From Trichoplax sp. H2 (lineage: Eukaryota): a DNA stretch of 23,123 nucleotides. Location of the stretch: the NCBI GenBank assembly GCA_003344405.1, contig NOWV01000257.1, forward strand, positions 62,001 to 85,123, read 5' to 3'. The notes beneath the pieces were generated by a model. That model had not been told where the DNA came from, made no database searches, and worked only from the letters and a program-made list of their open reading frames with translations. The position numbers and the translations under genes were made by a program. This document shows, one piece after another, positions 11,053-20,951 of this stretch; position 1 is the stretch's first letter, and the number at the start of each line of letters is the position of its first letter.

Positions 11053-11922
11053 TCTATATCAATGGAAAGGAGTGTTTTCCAACTTGTCTTGCCTGGATTT
11101 TCTTCAATCTTCAGGATAAAATGTGGCATCCAATGTCAATTTTTACGACATTAACAAATTTCCTTCTCAATATTTCACTGAGAAGGAAGATGGACGAGAA
11201 AGGTTTTCCTTTTTTTTCCTCCCTTGAGGGCAAACACAGCGTTCGCCTGTTCAAATCAATAGGACGCTATGAGTGATCGAGTCTTGTTTCAGTACACTAC
11301 TAGACCAAACTTGGCAATGCTTGTTATCTTTGAATGTTTGAACTTTCCCTCTTGTCCACTACCTCAAGGTGATTGGTTGAAGCGCTTGCATGACGGTACA
11401 GTACAGTCATAGTACCTTGGTTGAAGCGCTTGCATGACGGTACAGTACAGTCATAGTACTTTGGTTGAAGCGCTTGCATGACGGTACAATACATTCATAG
11501 TACTTTGGTTGAAGCGCTTGCATGACGGTACAGTACTGTCATAGTACTTTGGTTGAAGCGCTTGTATGACGGTACAGTACTGTACTATCATAGTACTGTA
11601 CTTTGGTTGAAGCGCTTGCATAACGGTACAGTACAGTACTGTACTATCATAGTACTTTGATTGAAGCGTTTGCATGACGGTACAGTACTATCATAGTACT
11701 TTGGTTGAAGCGCTTGCAAGACGGTACAGTACCGTAAACCGTAACTAGGTGTAACACGTAACACTGACCACTGGTCGACTGACGTACTGTTTACTCTGTC
11801 TACCATTGTCATCCCAAGCGGTACAGTGGTAGTAAAAAGTCGTAAGTAGTAATAAACGGGTTGGTTTGGTACTAATACGGTAGGCGGTTTCACTGCTACC
11901 GTAGAGCACTATCATGGACTAG
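11053..11922 (+). mobile_element. Putative non-autonomous Helitron (about 870 bp) carrying an internal minisatellite
   Basis: 5' end A|TCTATATCAATGGAAAGGAG at 11053. 3' hairpin TACGGTAG-gcggtttcactg-CTACCGTA (11876-11903), then 15 nt, then CTAG (11919-11922) followed by T. No target-site duplication and no Rep/helicase ORF. The 5' boundary is less certain than the 3' boundary. Confidence 0.45.
11373..11732. repeat. Minisatellite, 8 copies of a 44-bp unit (two extended to 54 bp; last copy partial)
   Basis: Unit TTGGTTGAAGCGCTTGCATGACGGTACAGTAC(A/T)GTCATAGTACT starts at 11373, 11417, 11461, 11505, 11549, 11603, 11657 and 11701. Periods are 44,44,44,44,54,54,44. Confidence 0.97.
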
Positions 11923-12954
11923 TAAAATTTCACCCAAAATTGATTACTCTCTCTTTCTTTTAACTTCAGCCATATCTTGGCAAATCCAGAAATGATTAAG
12001 AGTTACATGACAATAAGAAATAAGCAACCATCTCTTATTGCCATGTAGCTAATATCTCCAGAAATGGAACTGAAATAATTTTACCAGGCTGCTTGTTGTT
12101 AAACTTTCAAATTTTATAAATTGAAGTTGAATCGGAAGCAAATGGTTGAAAAAAGAAACTATCTCGGATGGACGGATTTTCCTCGATTAAATGAGGCTAA
12201 AAATGTCGAAAAGATGCGACTTACAGTATTAGTATGGATCTTCTCTGAGTCTGATTTCTTAAATTACTACTAAGAATTTAAATGAAATTGATGACGAACT
12301 GCATAGCTACTTTTAAGCAGAAGTTAGTCAAACTTTGTTCGGAAAATATGATCAACTAGTAACAGAATCCGAGCATCGACATATTTGCGTCATGGCAATA
12401 GGAGAGTTTACGAATAGGAGCAGTATTTTGACGATATGTAATATATATGTTATATATGTATTTAACCCATGTATATAAGGCAAAAATCCGACCGTCCAAC
12501 TCCGTTCCCAGTCCACTTGTATCAAGTAGTTATCCATGCCCTAAGTCGATTCGTAATCTATATACTTATCATATCGCAAAACTTTATTTTACAAAGCAAC
12601 CGAATTGTAATAATTAATCTAGCATCAACCTGTAATCTATATGTACTGTGTATAATATACTCAAACGTATGTATGACTATCATCTAAGTCGCTATATCAT
12701 TTAAACCTCAATTTTTGTCCCTACAACATTCATAAATTTTAAAATATTGTAACTGAAACCCTTGATACCTTTCATATTAGGATGACAAGCATCAATGAAG
12801 CATAAAATATTATCATCATTGTTCGAGGAATTGATCCTAAAACTTATCCTATAATCAATACGTATGTGATGGGGCAATGGCTAATAACTCATCTGAAACG
12901 GGTACCTGGCCCTGGGCAAAAAATTTTTACCTTTGCAATGCCCGAACTCATCGC

Positions 12955-13322
12955 ATCAATGGTGAAGAAATTAAGTCGATCATAAATACAGCCATTAGAC
13001 GGAAGAAAGCTGTTAGTAAATGCTAATGTATCTAAGTGAAAAGGACTGCAAGATTTAATTAACTGCAGGATTTAATTAACTGAAAATAAAATAATCCAAG
13101 GGTGAAGTAACAAACTAACAATACAGATATTCAGCGACAGCAAGCTATTAGTATACGCTAATGTATCTAGCAGAAAAGATTTAAACATTTAATTGATGAA
13201 TAGAATGATGAATAATAACAGAATCCAAGGGTTGAAAAAATTAAGTCGATCATAATACAGCTATTCGACCCGTGGAAGCTGCTACAGTATACGCTAATAT
13301 ATTTAACTGTATAAGATTTAAT
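12955..13322. repeat. Three diverged tandem copies of a 130-140 bp unit
   Basis: Units start near 12955, 13094 and 13223 (atcaatggtgaag / atccaagggtgaag / atccaagggttgaa). Copies 1 and 3 share aaattaagtcgatcataa. All three have aagct followed by gctaat(g/a)tat. Confidence 0.8.
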
Positions 13323-13682
13323 TTATTAATAATAACAAGATATCAATAATCACACATGTTTGAACTAATCTACAGTAGACTAACTGTTTGTGTTAACAAT
13401 TGAACTTTAGACCAGTGCAGTCTACAAGTAACCTTACACTAGTAAGAAGTTACTAACAATGACAGCAATATTTGCAAGAGGTATGCACCAAAGGCCAAGT
13501 CGGTCAATTTCTACCTCTGATAAATGCATTTACAGGCTTATTACTATACATTTGATTTTCTATGCACAGAATTAAATTTATGATATAACTATGAGAATGC
13601 GTATATACGAAAATACATCTAAAGCTATTTGCACCACAATAGTTACGGTATTCTAACATCACGCTAGTGCATAGTACAAACC

Positions 13683-13689
13683 TATAAAA
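13683..13689 (+). promoter_or_regulatory. Candidate TATA box of the LDLa-repeat gene
   Basis: ccTATAAAAagccc lies about 150 nt upstream of the ATG at 13832. The AT-rich background limits specificity. Confidence 0.4.
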
Positions 13690-13831
13690 AGCCCAGCTAG
13701 AAATGAAACTAGTACCTCTTCCTGCTTAAAATATTGCAGTATTAATCCTTCCTTAAGAGCTTAAGAGCTGACATTATCTAAAATTCTTCAATTACCAACA
13801 AATATCGTACCAACCAAATCAAACAGAAAAC

Positions 13832-15914
13832 ATGTCTTTAAAGCTATTCATATTTGCGATGATGATGCTCGCATGCCTTGGATTGGACAAACCTATTGCC
13901 GGTAAACGATATTGATAACGTATTGCCTACCTTGCTTGTTTTGAATCACTCTAAATACTAAGATCGTGATGTACGCTAAGTAGTAACAGGTACTGCTATG
14001 TTTTCATAGTTTTGGGATGTCCAGGATTCGCATGCGACAACAATTCTACTTGTATAAAAATGTCCAAAGTTTGTGATAATTCCCAAGATTGCGATGATAT
14101 GACCGATGAATCAATAACTACTTGCATGGAAAAAGGTAGGCCAAATAGTTTTTTTAATTCTATCAGAGCTGTTTCACCTAGAAATAATATCGAGATACTG
14201 TATACGTACATGCAAATGGCTAGTCAAACCACCAATCTTTATCATTGGAACACACTCAATGCAATGTATTTGTTGTAGAATTATCTAACGTAAAGAATTG
14301 CAGCGATCAAGCATGTATACAAAAATCTCAAAAAATGAGCATCGCCGATCCTGATTGCCTTAGAGGATCAAATGGAGAAGACTGTGAGAATATTGTTACT
14401 TTCTAATCATCATTTATTAGCGCTAAGCTGTCTATTTTAAATGTCCTACTTAGGTGAACGTGGATGCTCGGAAGATGAATTTCGATGTAAACGTAGTCGC
14501 AAATGCATCCCGGCATCTAGAAGATGTAATGATAGGCGAGATTGTAGAGATGGATCAGATGAACGTAACTGTAAGTGGAGCATTTCGATATAGCGTTGAT
14601 ATTCTGGAATCTTATTGACATCTTAAACCACGCCGATAGGAAAGCATTTAATAGTATTATGCAAATGTTGTCGTAATACGTTTGAGATTTGTTCTACCTC
14701 ATTTGCTCTCTCATTAATCTCGTTATGATAAAAAGGCCAGATATATCTAGTAAAAGCTAAAGACAATTAATAGTTACTATATACAATTTTAAAGGTGAAT
14801 GACAATGTCACCTTTAAAATTTCGATGCAAAAGTAGTGGTAAATGTATTCCAGATATATTCAAGTGCGATAAATTTAGGGTTGCAAAGATGGATCAGATG
14901 AATGAATTGTAAACTTCTCAACATTATGCTAATAGCAGTTAATATAATAGCCCTAATTACTAGTTTGCATTGACGGAGTTAGGTCGTACATGTCGGCGAG
15001 GCGAGTTTCAATGCAAAAGAAGTGGCCTATGTATTCCAAAATCTTATAAATGCGATTCTCATCGCGATTGCAGGGATGGATCGGATGAAAGAAATTGTAC
15101 GTCTTTGAACAATAGATCTTATTACTCTTTCTATATTACAAAAAATCAGCGTAGCTAAAACAGGCATAGTACAATCTGTTCATTCTTCAAACGTTGATTT
15201 TATTATTGATACTCTGAATAGGTCCTAAAAAATGTCGAAGAAACGAATTTCGTTGTAGACGTAGCGGTAAATGTATACCAAAAGCATATCGATGCGACGG
15301 TTTTCGTGATTGTCGGGATAGATCAGACGAGAAAAACTGTAAGCTTTATTTACACTGTGATAACGACGTATCTTAAAGCACTGGCAGCGCCACGTATCTA
15401 TTTCTTGGTAGATACCCAAAGCATTCCTATTTGATTTTCAATATTTTAGGTAGATGCCGTAGAAGAGAATTTCGCTGCAAGCGCAGTGGCAAGTGTATTC
15501 CAAAATCTTTCGTATGTGATGATCACCGAGATTGTCGAGATGGCTCAGACGAAAGGAACTGTTGGTTTCATTCCGTCTTGAATTGGCTTTACGCCACAAG
15601 ATATTCAATATTTTAAATAAAGATTCGTGTAACTTTTACAGTATCGTTTAAATTAAAATTATTTTTGATATCTAGGTAAGGTACGATGCAGATCAACGCA
15701 ATTTGCATGCTTCGATGGTCGCAAATGTATCCCTAGGCGGAAAGTATGCAACCGACGCTTTGATTGCCCAGATCGATCGGATGAGAAATTTTGCGGTCAG
15801 TGTAGCTTATTTAAATTCGAATGCAGGAGGACTGGGAGATGCATCTCTGCAAGAAGGTTTTGTGACAATTTTGAAGATTGTTCAGACCGATCAGATGAAA
15901 AGCGTTGTCCATAA
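13832..15914 (+). CDS. Secreted LDLa-repeat-only protein (332 aa): signal peptide, 7 intact and 1 degenerate LDLa modules, mostly cationic, no transmembrane segment
   Basis: Exons 13832-13901 ([23 protein letters not shown], signal-like), 14010-14135, 14279-14383 (degenerate module), 14454-14570, 14983-15096, 15222-15338, 15450-15560 and 15676-15914 (two modules, TAA). Total 999 nt and all introns are phase 1. Modules match C-x-F-x-C-x-CIP-x-C-D-x-DC-x-D-x-SDE-x-C, for example [42 protein letters not shown] at 15953. Confidence 0.9.
14795..14908 (+). pseudogene. Disabled LDLa pseudo-exon within an intron of the LDLa gene
   Basis: Aligns to exon 14454-14570 (GT GAA TGA CAA TGT...[27 protein letters not shown]). 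It has an in-frame TGA as its second full codon and three 1-nt deletions (114 vs 117 nt). The AG and GT boundaries are still present. Confidence 0.85.
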
Positions 15915-16242
15915 TATACGCGATTACTGATTTTGAATGTAACCTCTTTATAATTAAAAATCATAACTAAGATTAACTACTAGTTTTTACTTTGTTAACT
16001 GCAACTTTGCTTACAACATTTGGATAGTTTGTTTCAGCAATTTAAACTACAGTAGTGTGAATTAGGACTGCTAAGACGTGTCTGTGAATGATGCTGCATT
16101 AATACTCTAGTATTTGTCTGTTTTTGTAACAAGAAATCTGAACTCTATAAAGCTATTTTCATAGCAGGATAATTATACTTTACAAGAAATAATAAAATTA
16201 ACAGGTTGAAGTTATTATGCTATGCCTAATGTTCCCATTAAA

Positions 16243-16759
16243 TATGCTATTCTTCAGAGAGCTCAAAACTTACAGGATTAAGTACCGCTAATTAGGCTAA
16301 GTAGCAATGCATGGCTAAAGGCACCATATAATAGAAAATTTTTTAAATCAGTCACTAAATCCCTTATTTTGTAGGAGATTGGAATGGATAGCATGATAGT
16401 AGCCAGCACGGCTAATAGTCAATGTACACCAACTATAGGAGCGAAGTTATCACCCAGATGAACGAGGATTATGAGGATGAGGATCCTCAAATCCTGAATC
16501 AATTCAGAATCCTCATTATGATTTCATTATGAGGATTATGCTATTCTTCAGAGAGCTCATAACTTGCAGGATTAAGTACCACTAATTAGGCTAAGTAGTA
16601 ATGCATGACTACAGGCACCATATAATAGAAAATTTTTTAAATCAGTCACTAAATCCTTTATTTTGTATACCGTATGAGATGGTAATGGATATCATGATAG
16701 TAGCTAGCACGGCTAATAGTCAATGTACACCAACTATAGGAGCGAAATTATCACGCAGA
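16243..16759. repeat. Direct duplication of about 220 bp (16243-16458 and 16537-16759) separated by a 78-nt palindrome-rich spacer
   Basis: Both copies run tatgctattcttcagagagctca...ggcaccatataatagaaaattttttaaatcagtcactaaatcc...caatgtacaccaactataggagcgaa. They differ by scattered substitutions and a 7-nt indel. Confidence 0.95.
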
Positions 16760-17207
16760 CAAATATACAGGGTCGTAGTTTGGCACGTTAAAGAAATTAA
16801 AACTGTAAATCAGATATAAGAAGTTAGATACAGACGCCCTATGAAACTTGTCTAAAGTAGTATATAACTTCTAATGGCTTCAATTACAGAAATTCAAACC
16901 TGTATCCGATTTATAGAGTGAATATGATATACGACTATACAGTTACTTATATGGGTTCTTTCAACATTAACATCACAAAATAGAGGCATGATGAAATTCT
17001 TTAGCAATTTATAACTCATGATAAGTAAACCTAAGGCCCAAAATCTCTTTACCTAAAAACAAGTAGAATTTATTCTTTTTTGACCGATAGCTACTCAATG
17101 GTTGTATTAGAACGTCTACTACATCTTTTACTTATACTTTTGTTTTACAAATTATTACACGTAGATATTATCGTGTACATGCCAGTGACAATACTACAGT
17201 ACAATAT

Positions 17208-18914
17208 CTATAAGTTTACAAGTTTTAAACTCATATCGTATAATTTCTTGGCAACAGCTTCATCTCTTGCATAAGGCGATGGAGTATCGATTTTACACCT
17301 AGCCAGGAATTGACCACTAACATTCTCCAGCGATGGATCTACTGCGGCGTAAACAGTAGTTTGTGCGCCTCGCCGAGCATCATTGCCGACTAACAAAAAT
17401 ACCACTTCCATAAATTTTGTATAACTGGTAGCAAGGAAACCCTCACTTTCACGAGCTGATCGAAGTGTTTCTGTTTGAACTAAACCAGGATGAACGGCAT
17501 TGGCGGTAACACCTGTCCCTTTCAATCGTTTACTTAATTCCAGTACAAATAATATATTTGCTATTTTACTACGGCTGTAATTGTCGCATGAACTAGTAGA
17601 TGTATGGTTGGCTAAATTGTCAAAATCGAGATCTGTTGTCGTCCAGTGAATAAGAGATGTAAGACATACAATTCGACTAGGCTGTGACTGCTTTAACATA
17701 TCTAGTAATAGGTTTGTTAATAAAAAGTGTCCAAGGTGGTTAACACCCATTCTGTCTTCGAATCCATCTTCAGTTTTCTTATCGACGTTTCTGCACCCTG
17801 CGGATAAGAAGGAGAATATTGTTAAATCATGTACATACTGCACAGTAAGCATCCGTTCATTTGTCCACAGATATGCTAGAATAATTTTGCAAGCTTAGTA
17901 TCCATGAGTCATGTACGTATCTAATTTTAAACACCATACTACAAAATAAAATAGGTTTGCGTTACCTCAATTTATAATATTATAATCAAGTCATATCTCC
18001 CTGCTAATATGGAATACTCACAGCAGGCCCTACAAACTCTACTCTTACTAGGCTAGTATAACGGAAATGCAATTCATATAATTGCTTCATGAAGAGATGA
18101 TAATTAATTAATCAGAGGATTACACTCTTAATTATATTATATTATTAATCTGTTATCTGTAAATACGATGGCTTCTGTGTTCACACCTCCATCAAAAGTA
18201 TCAATCTAATCGCCATTATACTAAAACTATGCAAGTCAAAGTTTGATAGATTTCTTGCTTCGTTTTGTAAATTGCTTCACTGCTATACCAGTAGTATGTG
18301 CACATTAGTAAGATCATAAACATATACATTACACATCTCATCAGTAATGCAGTTTTAATTGAAATCATACAAGTAATTTACGAATTTTTTCACTGAGAAG
18401 AAAGCTGGATTGTGTCACTGATCTAATCCATTTTTATTGGTGTTAGTACTCTTTCAGTCATGGGCTACTGTACAAGTAGGAACCGTCAACGCGAACACTC
18501 CTGAGTGTTTAATCGTCTATGTAATGTTAGCTCACCTATGCCAGCGTTATTAATCAGAATGTCCAAACGCTTTTCAGTATTTTTAAACATCTGTGCAAAT
18601 TCTCGTATTGATTTCATTGAACCTAAATCTAATTTTGCAGCAACAACTTGCACGTTGTTGGTTTCTCTTTTGATGTCAGCTACAGCAGCATTACAACGTT
18701 CCATGGATCTACAAGCACAAATAACTCGAGCACCTCGTTGGGCTAAATCGGCCGCCGCCGTTTTACCAATGCCAGTATTAGCACCGGTTACAATGACGGT
18801 CTTGCCATCTAACCTTTCTTTACCATAATACTCACAACTACCTGTAGCGAAAGGAATGAAGAAATAATACAATCCAATGCCAATAACACTAACGATAATC
18901 GCAGTTTTTAACAT
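17208..18914 (-). CDS. Retinol dehydrogenase 11/12/13/14-like short-chain dehydrogenase/reductase (322 aa)
   Basis: Exons 18914-18536 and 17797-17208 with a phase-1 intron in NNAGI-G. Motifs: N-terminal hydrophobic anchor, TGANTGIG, ACRS (NADP(H)-type), LDILINNAG, TEDGFE, VNHLGHFLLTNLLL, catalytic YSRSK, VHPGLVQT, GAQTTVY. Confidence 0.95.
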
Positions 18915-19021
18915 GTTTCGAAGTGAATTTTAGAATAGGGGTAACAAAATGCAATGTTGATTGTTTTGACAAGGAGCAAGTCCTCTAATGACAAATCTAT
19001 GATAGGCCAAAAAGTATTACA

Positions 19022-19534
19022 TCTACTATACTAAAGGGGAGTATTGAATAGAATGCATGCAGCAGGGTTCCGTTTTAAAGGGACAATTATGATTCTGATC
19101 GCTTTAGTCAAATCCTTATCCCTCATCTACTGTTTAATCGCCCTGTGTAGATTATTATAGATAATCCTGTTAATTAGGCACTACTGCACCGCAAGATGGA
19201 TCACGAGAAAAATTTCCTTTTTGTGATCTATCCATGCTAGGAAAATGATATTTACTCTACTGTAGGCCGTGTACACTATCATAGCATTCGATGATCGATA
19301 TTTATGGATGATGCAATCGATCTGCCTTCCGCAAAGGAGGGTTACCTAGGAAATTATTGTCATTGAGCGAGATAGCTTATGAAATTGTTAAATCTAATCG
19401 AAGTGATTTAACTAGAAATGAACATTGTACAATGTTCGAGGGCAGTTGTCCGGGAGGTAATCGTCCGGATGCAGATACCAGAAGAATACAAAGTACTTTG
19501 CATATTCTAATTATGCATGGGGTACTATTACTAA
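19022..19534 (+). mobile_element. Possible degenerate non-autonomous Helitron
   Basis: 5' end A|TCTACTATACTAAAGGGGAG at 19022. 3' imperfect hairpin gtactttgcata...tatgcatggggtac, then tatta-CTAA (19531-19534) followed by T. This 5' end could instead pair with the CTAG at 20272. Confidence 0.35.
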
Positions 19535-19743
19535 TTAATTAATTATTACTATAAAGAAACAAATGGTTGGAGCACTGTTGGGCCCTACAACACTGTTAGC
19601 TTACGTCATAGAGCTCTTAAGTTGTGAGACAAGGAAACCATTGGAAGCTGCTACAATATTGAATGCCACTTTGCATTAAATCAGCCTCAAGAAAGCCCTC
19701 CAGCTCTAAAATATTGCTTCCGACCAATTTAGGCAGGTGATCT

Positions 19744-20467
19744 GATGCTTTCGAGTTATTAAATGATGTTCAATAAGGAAAAGTTTACAATTTAAAGTAC
19801 GATTCAGAGAGTATTGGGTACTACAGTATGTACTATAGATCATTAATGAGCAAATGAGCATGCAGGGGATATGATATATGGATGCTTTCAGTTAAAATGA
19901 TGTTCAATGAGGAAAAGCTTGCCATTTAAAATAAAATATTCAGTGTTTATCTCCGCATCATCGTATGTTTTACCTTGATATGATCTACTACAAGGCCCCA
20001 CCTCGTCAACCGATTGTGCTAAATACTTCCTTATGATAGTACCTTAGTGTGCAGACGGTCGATTCTGAACTGACTGATTTTCTAAATTAAGTAGTATTAC
20101 GTTGAATCTTATTGTCTATTGCTAAACTCTACTTGAAAACAGTTATATACGATCGTAAATGTTGTTTAAGTTAGGTTGTGTCTCACATTTCGATCGTTCA
20201 GCGTTTCTCTCTCTCTCGCTCTCTTTAGAAGAGTAGGAAGTAGTCCCTGGACAAGTCCAGGTCTTCTTCTAGTAATCCATGGTTAAGGGCAGTCCTTGTT
20301 GTCTGCGTCTCATCGATAAAGCAGAGTCGCTTTACTGAAGACCAAATAACATTACTTTATAAGTGCTAGGCGTGCGAGCGATTTGATTTACAAATGCTTG
20401 TAGTTGAAATAATGTTCAATAGGGGAAGTATACAGTTGGAAGTATTCAGTCAGTATAGGGCATAGCA
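19744..20467. repeat. Three diverged copies of a 55-75 bp unit (about 19744, 19881, 20394)
   Basis: gatgctttcgagttattaaatgatgttcaataaggaaaagtttac / gatgctttcagttaaaatgatgttcaatgaggaaaagcttgc / atgcttgtagttgaaataatgttcaataggggaagtatac, each followed by attcag. Confidence 0.7.
19984..20272 (+). mobile_element. Putative short non-autonomous Helitron (289 bp)
   Basis: 5' end A|TCTACTACAAGG at 19984. 3' GC-rich perfect hairpin CCTGGAC-aa-GTCCAGG (20246-20261), then 7 nt, then CTAG (20269-20272) followed by T. A (CT)n tract lies near 20205-20224. Confidence 0.5.
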
Positions 20468-20951
20468 ACATCCAACTATCCATGAGAATGGATTATTTTT
20501 AAATGTTCACATGTTGCTAAACTGAAAATACAGTGTACTGTACAGTGATTACCTTTTATTCGATTGATTTTTGGATATAAGATATATTACTAAATTGATA
20601 CATACCATACTGTACATTGGTGTAGATACTCATATATCAGCATAATTCAAAATATTCATCATCCATTCAGTTTTTATGTAAGGACACTCTTACTCGATCG
20701 GTCTATTGAGCTTCAATTTTAAAAGGATGCTTGCATACAAGACATTTTATAGACATGTCTTCTACTGTATTAACGTGATTTAATGTATTTATGATTCAAT
20801 GAATTGCTGCATAAACGAATAGATTCATCCACTCCATAGTTATCTTATCTGACTATCACTGAAATCTATTTGTAAAATGTAATCGATTTTGTATTGCATT
20901 TTTATTGGTAGAATTACTCCGAATTAAGAACTTTAAGAACTCGGTCTCACA

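Noticed and set aside
11373..11732. CRISPR-like appearance of the palindromic repeats, and ORFs 11451-11675 and 11588-11893
   Set aside because: There are no unique spacers and no cas genes, and the context is eukaryotic. The ORFs are translations of the repeat.
12143..12440. Protein-like plus-strand fragments interrupted by stops (MVEKRNYLGWTDFPRL...; AEVSQTLFGKYDQLV...)
   Set aside because: No recognisable family. A pseudogene call would need a TBLASTX or BLASTX hit.
15703..15930. ORF-track frame MHASMVANV...
   Set aside because: Wrong frame. The real exon frame (15676-15914) encodes two LDLa modules.
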